Shown: positions 12,098-23,672 of the stretch, piece by piece
Numbering within the stretch: the first letter of the stretch is position 1
Layout of the letters: the number at the start of each line of letters is the position of its first letter
Assembly (NCBI GenBank): GCA_977018835.1
Contig: OZ361257.1
Location: 1,860,001 to 1,924,000 of the forward strand
Source: Minutocellus sp. GHC0000111
Taxonomy: Eukaryota
Direction: 5' to 3'
DNA: 64,000 nucleotides
Made by a program: the position numbers and the translations under genes
The notes under the pieces: generated by a model
Told to the model about the DNA's origin: nothing
Databases searched by the model: none
The model's input: the letters and a program-made list of their open reading frames with translations, nothing else

Positions 12098-12274
12098 TGC
12101 TAAGAGGTCCTAAAGCTAAGCTAGATAGATGTAGCTAGTAGAGGTTAACAGGACCTACGTAGATGAAAAATGGGCCATCGGAGATGTCGTTGGCCCATGG
12201 ATCAACGGTCAGGAGAGGGCACTGAGTCAGTGGTCTGATCACCGTACGTACGTACGTATCCCACGGTGTCAACA
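12098..12274 (-). repeat. 3' LTR (177 bp)
   Basis: Identical to 18114-18309 except for a shorter GTAC microsatellite and G at 12268 versus A at 18303. Confidence 0.95.
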
Positions 12275-12322
12275 CACCCTCGCAGATCAATGACTAGTGC
12301 CATTGAATCTACATGTAGAGTC

Positions 12323-15300
12323 CTAATTGGAATCTACATGTAAGTAGACTGGTCGCATGTCGACATGGTAGCGGGCGGGATGGTGCTTTGTAAAATAATC
12401 GGCCAAATTTTGCGCTCCTTTCCGCCAGCACACCTGGAGTTGTCGTCGTTGCTCTGTGCGATCTTGGACCCAGTAGAATCTCATGTCCATAGCCTTAGAC
12501 CGTCTTTGCTTGACGGTTTTATTGGCGATTCCAGATGTTGTAGAGTTGTCAACGACGATAGCAGTAGGGGGCTGCGGGTGACCCATTTCTTCTAGTGCTG
12601 CCCGGATTGGTGCTGCATCTTTCATGTTGAAAAATAGTCCTCCCAATTCGGCTTCAGCGGCTGAGGACATTGCATGCTTGATGACATTGGCATTGACGAG
12701 GATGGCTCCATTCATTGGTGGCATGGGATCACTTGAGTCAGGCTGGCGGTGCGGGTCCTTAGGTCGGGAGCTTAGGTAGAAGCACCCTCCGAGCTTGCTT
12801 CTTGATTTCGGGGCTGACAAGCAGGAGGCGTCGCCATGCACATGCAGGATCATGTCTGACTTGACGCATCGAATGACTGCGTCGGGATGGGTTGCAAGGT
12901 AATCTAGAAGCTTCTTGGCATCTTGTCGAGTGCGCTCGGTAGCTTTGGATTGTTCCGCTGAGATGCCATTGAGCGCCGGTAAAATTGTTGAATCAATTGC
13001 TCGACCACAGTGCAAGGAGCTGCCCACCACCTGTTGAATTTCGTTGATGCCTTTGGCGTCGAGTGGTGGTGAGTCGTCTTCCGGTTCTGGCAGCTGGGGT
13101 CCCGGGCCATACGTCGGACGACTCCATCGACATGGCGCATGCTCGGGCCGTGAGGGGCGGTCGTGTTGGAACTTGTGGCGCATCTCCTTGACGTAGTTAG
13201 GCATGGATAGATCCACCCATTTGGCCTCGTTGTTCCACTCGAGTTGAATGCCACAATAAAGTCGGCCTTCCCAATCGGCAGTAATCTTATGCTTGGAGTT
13301 GAGGGCCTGAATGAGATGGTCTGTATGCTCTTTCCCGACATGCTTTACTCCAAAATCGTCAACGGTTAGGCAAAAGGTAATTGGGCGGGTTTTGTGCCTC
13401 CAAAGGCCGGCAGCACGCTTGCAAGGGAAATAGCCATGGGGTTTGAGATGCTTGACAAGTTGATCGTAGGCTAGGCGCCCTGCCTGGGGTAATCCATACA
13501 TTCCGCCATCGATTCTGACCAACACTCGACCACCATTATTTACTTTGTCGTGGAGGTCGTAGGCTTCCATGACTTCGTCGGGGATGAGAGCTACTGGCGC
13601 CCACATCCATTCTGGCTCTGGCATGGTGCTATTGAGATAGAAGTCACTGATATCAATTCCCATGAAACGAGCGTTGTCTGTAGAGATGACGCTGTTGAAA
13701 AGTAACTTTGCAGTCAACATTTCAGCGGTCGGGGTCGAGACTGTACCAGGGTAATGAATTTTGTCGCCTCCTGCAGTCCATCGAACTCGATTGGGATTTG
13801 GTTTATGGGAGCGATAGTCGGCGACAATGCGGAGGTATGTGGCTTTTTCCCCCGAGGCAGTTCGGACCAGTGGACGAAAGCCATTGTATTGGAGGGAATG
13901 CTAGCACTGTTTCCAACTCGGCCGTCCGTTAGCCGTCCAATTTCATCGATGTTTGCTTGAATGAATTGGTCCCTCATGTTCGTTTTGAGGAGGTCGCGGT
14001 GTTCAAGCATTGCACCAGTATCGGGATGGACGACGGCGTTAGCAAAGTGTTGGAGGTTTGGTAAAGGCGAGAAAGCTGCCATGTTGGCCACGTGGTGGGT
14101 GCTACGACGAGATGATGGCCGTGGGGGAGGGTTCCGATGTGGAATGCACCCTCGCTGACGGTGTGATCGTCGTCGAGGTGGTTTGGCGGTCGATGGTTTG
14201 GACTTGCTTGTCGATTTTGCTGGAGCTGGTAATGTTGGAGTGGTATCGATCGTTGGAGACTTGCGTTTACGTTGCCGACGGGAGGTGGGGGCATTGGAAC
14301 TTTGATTGGATGTTACGACGGTTGCATCGTCGTCATGATTATCATCATCGTCGCCGTTGGGCTCGTCTACTACAGCCAAAGGATTGTAGTAGTTGGAAGA
14401 AACTGACGAGCGAGGTGGCGCGTTGGATCGACGTGATCGACGGCTTTTAGTGGTGGCTGCATCACATGTGGAGGATTTTGCCACCCTCGGAGGTTGCTGG
14501 GGCTGAGGTAACGGAGCGTTGGGGTTGGAGACAAGGTGACGGCCTACTTCAGTCTCGTTCATCTCTTCTACGTCGTCGTCCTCGTATTTGATTTTGTAGT
14601 ACTTATACTTCTTGTCAAATGCAACGACTCTACCCTTGTAATTGCGATCTCCAAACACTTTGGCGACGATGGTACCGAGGCGGAATCGTTGGGAGTCGTC
14701 ATCGTTCTCCAGCACCCTCGGAGCTGCGGTTGTCTGCATCGTCTCATCAGAGGCGGAGGTGGCAGATTCTGCTGGGGTCACGCTGTTGAAAATCTCGGAG
14801 AGCTTTTCTAAAGCTTGACGATGCTCGTCTCGAAGGGGAGCAAGGGGTGCCGCTGGATGTGGATTCTGTAGAGCGTGCAGGAGTTCATGAGCTGCGACTA
14901 TTGCTGCATCGGCCGACGACGTTTTGGGTACCGGAATCATTTTGGGGAGCCAGACGAGTGTGTTACCAGTGCGTTCCGCCCGAGTTTCCTCAATCCAAAC
15001 CTTGTAACACCGGTAGTGTTCCATGGCTGGACCGACATAGTACCCATCAACGCCATGCGGGGACCAAGAGCCGCGTGCCGAGGGCATCTCGTGAAAGATG
15101 ACCTTGCATCCGAGGGGGCCGAGAGGCGTGCGATTGAAATCAAAGCCGCCATTGAGTTGCTCGTACGCTGATAGTCGAGGGTTGACTCGGGATGCTCTCA
15201 GGAAATTGAGGGTCATTACCGCCTGCTCCAGCAATTTATCCCACAAGATGAGGGGAAAGTCGGGATCGGTACCACAGAGAATCGCAATGAAATGATTCTT

Positions 15301-16509
15301 AAAGGTTCGAATGGCTCGTTCGGCCGCATTTCGGCGGTGGGAGTGCGTTGGGGTCAATTGAAAATCTACATCCTTTTCTTCCATGGACTCCTTCAGCTCT
15401 CGACTCACTTCATTATCCAATCGTTGCAATTTTGGGCGAAATCCTCGCTTGGAGAGGTGTTCGAAAATAGTTTGGTGCGCTCGGCGCATTTCCGTTCCCG
15501 ATCGGCTTTTCATTGGTTCGGCCAAGATGCTGTTGGAGTCATAGTCATAGACGACCATTATGTACTGGTGGCCAGAAATAGACGATGCCAAGAAACGGCC
15601 GGGCTGATCTGAGAAGATCTGGCCCGTTATGTCATGACAATCAGCAAAGACATAGTTGGTGCGCTGTTGGTGTTGTGCCGGGTGGAGATCCTGCTCGGTT
15701 TCGTCCACCCCAGGGAGAGATTTTGGCGTAGCCATCGACCGTTTGGGCTTGGTCGACCTGATGTTCTTGCGCTGCTGGTCTAAGTGACCTTTAATCATCG
15801 GTATCGACTGTGGCATGTGCTTACGTACAAGCTTTGATGTGAGGCCTGGCCAAGATCTATAATATCTCGCATCGATTGCTTTGCACCAGGCAGACAGCTG
15901 AGGACTGCCAGCACACCAATGTAAAAAGGCTACACGTTCCGGAACCGTCTCCTGGGCAATTGCGGCGTTGGCAGCATATTGGATGACGTTGGGGCCGGGG
16001 AGCGGCGACATGGTGGGCGAGCAATTTAGATCTACCATCCACAATTTCGTTGAGGGGTCTCGTTTACCTTGCAAAATGACGGCATTGTCCTTGGCGATGA
16101 CTACCGAATCCTTATCGAAAGTGGCAACACATCCATCGTCACACAGCTGCCCAATCGATAGGAGCGATGATGCCATATTATTGAAAATATAGGCCTTGCT
16201 AGCCGATGGGGAAACCCCAGGGAGGCGAAGCGTGGCCTCGTGGGTGTTCGTCATTGTGCTATTGTCCGGAAGGGTGACGCTGATAGGAATTGCTGTCTGT
16301 TGGACGTTGAAAATAGGGCCATCGTGCGACAGGCATTGGGGCTTCTGGACAAAATGTCCCGTCGTTCCAGTATCTGCTGCGAGGACGATTGGCTCTTGAG
16401 TTGGAGGTTTGCTTTTTGACGTAAGAAAAGCTAACGAAGGCGGGGAGGAGGTGGATTCAGACACACTGTCCTCTATTTTATGCTGATTAACATCCACCGT
16501 CCCTCCCGC
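12323..16509 (-). pseudogene. pol: Copia pol: aspartic protease, integrase, Tudor-like insert, reverse transcriptase, RNase H; frameshift ~13845 and many missense changes
   Basis: AADTGTTGHF (PR); SDQPGRF, RLDNE and RRNAAERAIRTFKNHF (IN); GMYGLPQAG and VDDFGVK (RT); SAAEAELG, DNST and NLADYFTKHH (RH). Confidence 0.95.
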
Positions 16510-17806
16510 TCAGTTACGACGCGAGCTACCACCGCAAGGATTGTACTTGGTGGCGTTGTCAACGTGGTTGGGCCCTTTGCAAGTGCATTCAAAGCTGGGG
16601 TGGTTGGACGAATAGCCGCACGTGTGGCAATAATGGCCTCTGGGGAGGATCGACTGCAGTTCCCGCTTCTCCTGGCGGTTGAGGTTAGGACCTTGGCCTG
16701 GGAAGTGGCCGGCGCCGTTCTGCTGGCCACCGCCGCGGCAGGTAGCCTCCACTGCCACCAGTGTGGTTGCGTCCCTCACGCAGAACGCGGTTCTCGGCCT
16801 TGAGTGAAGCTATTTCTTGGCGAAGTTTGGCAATGGTGTCATCCTTCTCGTTGCTTTTTTTTGCGAGGTTCGCCATCATGGCTTGGTTGGTCTTGAGGGC
16901 TTCTTCGGTGGTGTCAGCCAAAAGGAGATCGGCTCGAGAAAGAAATGGATCGTCCGAGGCCGATGAGGCCAAATTCGCGCCATGACATCCTGCCGCTTCG
17001 GTGGTGGTATTGGCCATCTTCTTATCACACCAATCGCGGAAGTCCGACTGCATGTTGGCCCACGTGCGTTCGGCCTCCGGTCTGTCGTCCCAGTCCTCGC
17101 ATGCCTTCTTTGCCAATCAATGAGAACCTGCACACGGAGCGGTAGAACTTGGAGACCTTTCGCTTGTTGGTGAAGGGTTCGCCGGCCGTTTCAAACGCCT
17201 TGAAGACTTTGTTGAATGTGGCGATGTGGGTGTCGATGGGTCCCCCGTCGCACTGCTTCTCGAGCTGCTTCTCTAATTCCTCCTTCTGAGTCTCGTTGAA
17301 TTTCAAGTAGCGATCGGCAATGCTGTCGATGATTTGGCGGATGGTGACTGGCTGGAAACCGAGCATGTCATCTTCGAGATGATTGATGTAGACGGCGTCG
17401 ATCGAGTCGAGGAGGAGATTCTTGAGCGCCGTGTTGACTTGCTCGTACAAGTTGCAGTGGCCCTTTTCGACGCAACATCCCCGGATTGCACGACGATCGC
17501 GTTGGTCTAGATTGGCCACGGCGGGAATGGTGGGGCTGGGGCCAGGATTTGCCGGAGGCGCATGTGGTCGGCCGTTACTTTTGGTGGTGTGTTCGGCATC
17601 GCTGACGACGAGGCCCAAATGGCCGAGGTCATGGTCATTGCACCCTCTGCTGGAATGCTGGCCGCCGCTTGTTGAAGCTCCTTGAGCGCTTTGGCAACAC
17701 GCTCGCGTTGGGGAGGTTGTCCTGGGTCATTCATACGTGTGATTAACTTGGTGGGGAGAATCGGCGCTGCGCCGAGAGGTTGGCCAAAAACTGCGTCGGG
17801 ATTCAT
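16510..17806 (-). pseudogene. gag: Copia gag with C-terminal Cys/His knuckle; at least 3 frameshifts (~17640, ~17120, ~16740)
   Basis: AASIP...GHLGLVV, PANPG, ALKNLLLDSID, RTWANMQSDF and YCHTCGY...HPSFEC...H...AT..N..GGS are spread over four ORFs. Confidence 0.85.
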
Positions 17807-18113
17807 GCTGGTGTTTCAGTCAGCGAAGACAGAGGCAGCACGGCGGTGTTGCTGCGAGACGTGTGTGATCGACAGAAGGTTCGATCCAGAGAAGTGTGAT
17901 CGATTGGATGGGTCGACCTGGTGAGGACTTTCGGGGAAGGGATTGGATCGTCGTTCCAATGTTGTCGAAAGAAACGGTCGTTTTGGCCGATTGAAGATGT
18001 GTCGGTTTTTCTTGCGTGAGACGAGTGAGAACCCAAGGACACAAAAACCGGTGAGAGGTAGGTGCGAACCGAAATGGGGCGAGCACGGGTGGAAAAGATG
18101 TATCACGTAGGTC

Positions 18114-18309
18114 TGCTAAGAGGTCCTAAAGCTAAGCTAGATAGATGTAGCTAGTAGAGGTTAACAGGACCTACGTAGATGAAAAATGGGCCATCGGAGA
18201 TGTCGTTGGCCCATGGATCAACGGTCAGGAGAGGGCACTGAGTCAGTGGTCTGATCACCGTACGTACCGTACGTATGTATACGTACGTACGTATCCCACG
18301 GTATCAACA
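18114..18309 (-). repeat. 5' LTR (196 bp)
   Basis: Direct repeat of 12098-12274 with TG/CA termini; contains the ATGGGCCA...TGGCCCAT and AGGTCCT...AGGACCT inverted repeats. Confidence 0.95.
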
Positions 18310-18484
18310 CGAAACACTCGCCTTAAATTTAGAAGCACTAAACTCAAATTCAGGCACTAAAAAGCAAGAGGTTGTGAGGACCCCTATTTCAGAAATAGGA
18401 GTTTTTGTCGAATTTTGGTCCCGCTTTTCTTGTTTGCCAGAGATGCTTCGCACGCTTGCGTCGCTTGCTTGAAAAGCACATCAT

Positions 18485-19687
18485 GTGTTCATTTTCTCAG
18501 CAAGATACCGATACCATGAACAAAGGTTCGCGGAGCGGCAAAAAAGAGTCATGCGGTACAAGAGGGACGTGGCAAGCGGCAAACAGAAGGTGTATAATTC
18601 CAACGATAAAGCACGTCGCCAGCATCTGTTAAGGGAGGAGAAAGTATCGAGAGCTCGAGAGTTTCTCAAGGCCTCCAATCAAATGCACTTGGAGGGGGCG
18701 GTGACGGCGACCATACGGGCGCTTCCGAAGCGTACTCAAGTCAAAGACCCCGTGATTAGGTCCTGTATTCGCAAGTGCGAGCGCGATTACGAGCTCAAGA
18801 ACTTACTGGCCGCTGCTCGCTCCTCGGATGCAACACTGGTCGCCACCGCCAGCATCATGGCCACGGGAAATGAGGATGCATCGGGCGAAGATACACTGGC
18901 CGTTTCTACGGGAGGGCGCACCAGTGCACAGCCTGATGGCGTTGCAGTGGCTGCCACGGCTAAGCAGGACGCAGCCAACCAAAGCGATGACGCCGATGCT
19001 CCTGCGCTGATCACGCCACACAAACCGGAGGAGGACGCATCGGGAGTTGAGAATGAGAAGCAGTCCAATGACGGTAGCAGTGTCTTGGACGACGATGACG
19101 ACGACTGCATGTACTGTCACGACGACGATTCCATTGACGAAAAATCGATCGATAATAATCCAAGCGGGGTTGGACTGCACTCATCGTCGAATGCAAAACC
19201 TGCACCATTGGTAGCACCAAAGGAGGAAGGCCAGCCTTGTTTTGTCTTGATTAGCAACATTGCCTCAACCGAACAACACCACCCATCGCCAAATCTATAC
19301 TGGCCAGCCCTTTTGTATACTTCGCGAGATGCTCTTCAGTCCAATTTCTCATTCCAAAACAATAATGACAGATTGTCGGTCCAAGTGGAATGCGGGAAGA
19401 ATGAGCATGCCTGTGGTATCGGTAATTATTCAGCAGGAGAGGTCAAGGTAGCGATCCTCCTGGGCAACGACGTACCTCCCTGTCGTACAAGAAGCGTTCC
19501 TGTTCCTGTTTCTCATGACTTTGGGGTCATGTCTTATCATTGCGTTTATACAAAAAAGAAGGCGAATGGCTTGAGAAACTGGAAAGGTTATGCTGATAAT
19601 AACAAGTTTCTCGAGGCCTTGGACATGTTGGAGAGATACGTGGTCTCGAAGGACTCGACCATCCTCTCATTGATGAAGTACACGTGA
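18485..19687 (+). CDS. Hypothetical protein, probably a 3' exon or 5'-truncated gene
   Basis: 400-codon ORF that starts at a pyrimidine-rich TTTTCTCAG acceptor-like site just downstream of the LTR element; weak YWPA motif. Confidence 0.5.
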   Translation: MFIFSARYRYHEQRFAERQKRVMRYKRDVASGKQKVYNSNDKARRQHLLREEKVSRAREFLKASNQMHLEGAVTATIRALPKRTQVKDPVIRSCIRKCERDYELKNLLAAARSSDATLVATASIMATGNEDASGEDTLAVSTGGRTSAQPDGVAVAATAKQDAANQSDDADAPALITPHKPEEDASGVENEKQSNDGSSVLDDDDDDCMYCHDDDSIDEKSIDNNPSGVGLHSSSNAKPAPLVAPKEEGQPCFVLISNIASTEQHHPSPNLYWPALLYTSRDALQSNFSFQNNNDRLSVQVECGKNEHACGIGNYSAGEVKVAILLGNDVPPCRTRSVPVPVSHDFGVMSYHCVYTKKKANGLRNWKGYADNNKFLEALDMLERYVVSKDSTILSLMKYT

Positions 19688-19795
19688 GCGGGTACATCGC
19701 ATTACGTAACATAATAATAGTAATAATAATAATAGATAACGATATAACCAACAAGATTTTCTATATGTACATGCCACCACCCGCCGAAACTGGTA

Positions 19796-21511
19796 TCAAC
19801 TGTTATCATTCACCCAATTGACCATGAAATCCATCGCTTCCCGTCCTTCTGGAATGAACATGCTGAGCAGGGGCCAAACGTGGCACATGTATCTCCAAGC
19901 ACCACAGGTTACCTTCACCCCAGCCGCTCGGGCTTTATTTGCGAGTAATTTGTTCTGATCATAAACGGCTTCGTGTTCCGATAGCACCAAGCAAAGTGGG
20001 GGCAGTCCCTCGAACGAGCGATGTACTGGCGATTCTCGTCTACGGACAGCGGCATCACCAAGTCGGTCAAAGTATTGGAGTCCCTCCTCGATTACACTCT
20101 GATTGACGATGAGATCATGCTTGATGTATTGCGTGAAGGATCCAGGTTCCGTGCATGCTTCCACTGTATAGTCAACAAATGGACTAATATGAGAGCAGAA
20201 GAAGAAGAAGATAATAATAATAAGAAGATAATATAAAAATAATGAACGTGAGAACGGCAGGAGAATTCCTCATCGCTATCGCCGAGGCGACAAGATATTG
20301 TTGCTCAACAAACAAGCCAGTAAGTACGGGCGTCCTTACCTCATCAGCACTCCACCGCAGGGATTGACGAGCAGCTGCTCAAGTTCCATCCGCCCTTTGC
20401 TCTTGGGGATGTCGCAACTTGGATCGTCGAAACTGGTACTCGCGCCGATGCCAAGCTCCCTTCTTCGTTCAGCAAGAGTCTGAAACAATCTCACCACGAG
20501 ACCGCCACCAGACGAAATGCCGAGGCAAGTAATATTTTCTGGCTTCACACCTCTCACAGTCACCAGATATTCGTATGCCTGAATGACATCATGGAGAGAA
20601 TCAAAGAAGGAGTTTTCCGGCAATAACCGATAGTTGGGCAAGAAGACGTCCATGTCGCCGCACCGCTGGCTAAACTTGTCCGCGATGGGAATATTGCCAT
20701 GGCTGTCGCCCGCCAGGTATGCTCCGCCATAGAGCCAAAACAAAACTTTATCGGAAGGTTTGGTGGGATCGTGCTGGATGTAGTATCCCGTCACAACTGT
20801 CGATCCTTCCGCTTCAGTATCAGTGATCTCAGTTGCAAGCATGCAAGTGTCTTTCATGTCGTACGATATTTCCTTCACAACGGCCTTCGGACGCTTCACC
20901 ACCCGACTTCTACCAGCAGTGCCTGTGCCATGCGTTCTCAGGCAGTGCGGATATGCTTCGGGTGGATGCCAAACACTGAGCTGACTGAGCGAAAAGCGCA
21001 TCCGATCGATGGTCACGGGGAACAGCCGACCCCAGTGCAACAGCGTGGTCAGCGCATGATATTCCAGAGAGGCATCGGGATGAATCCCAGTCCTACGACC
21101 AAGTATGAGACTGTGAAGTGGGAAATAAATCATCCATCCAAGCTTCGTGATGCGCTGTTTGAAGGACAACGGGAGTCGACCAAAGATGGCAAACAATTGT
21201 TCCTCAAATACCGAAAAGATGTTGCTCAACGATCGGAACAGCCCACGGATCTGGCCGTTATCGGGATCGATGGGAAGGCCAAGATTCAAATTGAGCGTCT
21301 CGTTGACTTCTGCGGCTGATAAACGACGAGTGTAAGCCTTGCGTCGGGGAGTCATACTAGTATCATTCGCATCATTTGTTTCATTAGCAAGATTATTTGA
21401 TGGGTTCATGTCAGCAGGAGGCATCTCGAACGGGTCCGTCGACTCGCACCGAACATACGATCCCCGTCGATTGCCATGCTTGCTGTCACGAACAATTACC
21501 GTGGAAGCCAT
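19796..21511 (-). CDS. Alpha/beta hydrolase, HSL-family esterase/lipase; intron 20184-20339
   Basis: LFWLYGGAY (oxyanion), NYRLLPE, GISSGGG (nucleophile), LM|SPFVD and MCHVWP (catalytic His). Confidence 0.9.
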
Positions 21512-23063
21512 GATGCCAGATATCTCAACAAAAGCAAGCGGTTGGAGGCCAGCGGCAGCAACGGTATCAGCCCACAATGCTAATGGTGACCTTGTGGCCT
21601 TGCATCTTGCATTGAATTCTTCATGCACTCCCGAAAAGCCAAAATCTCTGCCCAACGTCCGTCAAAATCCGTCGACGGGCGGACCAAATTTGCGGCCACA
21701 GAACCCAAACGAGCTCAGTTCCTTTGATCGATGGAGGTGGTGGATGGCATAGGAGAGCGCCCCGCTGCCGACCGCCTCTGCGCGGTATGCGCGGCCGAGG
21801 GCACGTCGTCACTTTTTTGCACGATAAGTTTTCTTGGGAAATTCCCCGGATGTAAGGACTGAGAGAGTCGGCTCGAAAGAGTTTTACCGGCGCGGACGCC
21901 GCTTCCCTTTTCATTGTGCGAAGACGGTCTTTCCGGAGACAAGAGCATTTCTCATGGGATAGTTCGGCTCCGTCAACCAGCCGCCATCTGCGTGTTTTCG
22001 AATGCGCATATTGAGCAAAGTTATGCCATTTAGAACTCAACGGGGGTCACTTACCGCCTCTCGGTCGAAGGAACTCACCCCACGTGATATCGGAGCGGTC
22101 TCCGATTGCAGGCTTTCAATTACCTGCAGGGGCTTGATCAAAGGCCCAGTGGTTCGACTCCACCTTGCCATAACTTGTAGCGGTCGTTTCGGAAAAATAG
22201 ACTTGTAGATTTATGCAGCAGCATGAAATGCCGGCCATCTGGGTGTGGCAACTACCGGCAATGGGTCTGCACCGGTACCATGCTATGACATAGCATTCTC
22301 TTCTCACAACGCCCTCTTTGCTTGTATTACTAAATTTATTTTGATTAGATTCATTAGCTACGTAGCTAGATCTAGCTAGCTAGTGCTGTCCAGCTCCGAG
22401 CTCTCATCATCGCCGAGCAGGTGGGCTGCTTGGATTGATTCATTGAAATCAATAAAAATAAGTGAAGCGGCTTCCAGGACATACAAAACCAATACCGACA
22501 AATACAGAAGAGCCAGCCTCGAAAATCTTTTCCCAGCCCCTTCAACCCAACAACGCCGGCAGTTGAAAGATCCAGACGATCCATTCCTTCCCAGCAAACC
22601 TGAAGGAACCACTGGGTGCACCGCCGAAGCACCAACATTTTGCTCACCTCTCTAAAAGTTGACAAGATGCGCTGTGCCAATTTCCTGACTTGCGCTTTCC
22701 CCTACAAATGTTGACAACAAATCTCGACGATGAGAGAGTTGGCGACCGATCGAGGGCGTCTTTCAGCGCTTCGTGCAGCGCACTTTCCGCCATCTTTTCC
22801 ATCCGACCTCGATGTGATGCGTTGAGAACCATCACTCTGCCAACAAGCCTCCATCACTTTTCGAACAAGGTATAAGTTATCAAAGCTCATCGAATGTAAA
22901 ACAATGTAAGTCAAATTGATAGTACTGATTGAATAGCCAGCTTGCTTACGCCTTCAGCACAAAAGTTGCATGTTGAAAAGATATCAATTGATAGACCGAA
23001 TAAAATCTGTTCATATCTCAACGAAATGTTTTTCCCCTTCACTTTGATAATATTGCAGCCAAT

Positions 23064-23672
23064 ATGAAGATCGCAAACACTGCCCTTCTTCTCGCCGCCA
23101 CTATCGGCGCTGCTTCTGCCAAGGGCAGTCCTCTTCGTCGTGCTCGCAATCTTCAGAATGACGACATCGAAGCTGACAGACGAAACTCGGCCGGCCAGCC
23201 CTTTGATGGCGATCTTGGCACTGTCACTCCCGTGGCCGGGGATTGTGTCTACGATTTCGATGACGAAGACATGTTTGAGGTTCTCACGGGTAGCCCTGCG
23301 GCCATGACTTGCGTTGGCACTCGTTGTAACCCCGAGCTTCAGCATTACAATGTTGTCGGCGTCAAATTCGAGGAGCTCAAAAAAGACAAAATCCTCGCCG
23401 CATACTTCAACGTACACTGCCCCAGCATGGAGGTCGGATTCGGTCTTTCCTGCCCCCCCGGCTTCAACGTCGCGGCACTCTATTCACTGTCCTTCAATGA
23501 GCCTGTCAGTCTAGTAGGTGACTGCTCCAACGTCCCCATCGACTCAACCCAGTATCTTTCATCTGGAAATTATTGCATCTTCAATCAGTTTTCGATTGAC
23601 GATACGCAGACCAAGTTCAAGTACTTGTGCGTGGCGACGGATTACAATCTCTACGACATCAACTGGGATTAA
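23064..23672 (+). CDS. Secreted Cys-rich protein, paralog A; probable 5'-UTR intron 22906-23058
   Basis: Signal peptide, LRRARNLQ propeptide motif; clearly homologous to 25546-26157. Confidence 0.85.
   Translation: MKIANTALLLAATIGAASAKGSPLRRARNLQNDDIEADRRNSAGQPFDGDLGTVTPVAGDCVYDFDDEDMFEVLTGSPAAMTCVGTRCNPELQHYNVVGVKFEELKKDKILAAYFNVHCPSMEVGFGLSCPPGFNVAALYSLSFNEPVSLVGDCSNVPIDSTQYLSSGNYCIFNQFSIDDTQTKFKYLCVATDYNLYDINWD

Larger units (their letters stand above)
12098..18309 (-). mobile_element. Full-length Ty1/copia (CoDi-like) LTR retrotransposon, mutationally degraded
   Basis: Two TG...CA LTRs; 5-bp TSD cgaag (12093-12097) / cgaaa (18310-18314) with one mismatch; gag-PR-IN-RT-RH order; PPT-like GCGAGGGTG next to the 3' LTR. 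Confidence 0.97.
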
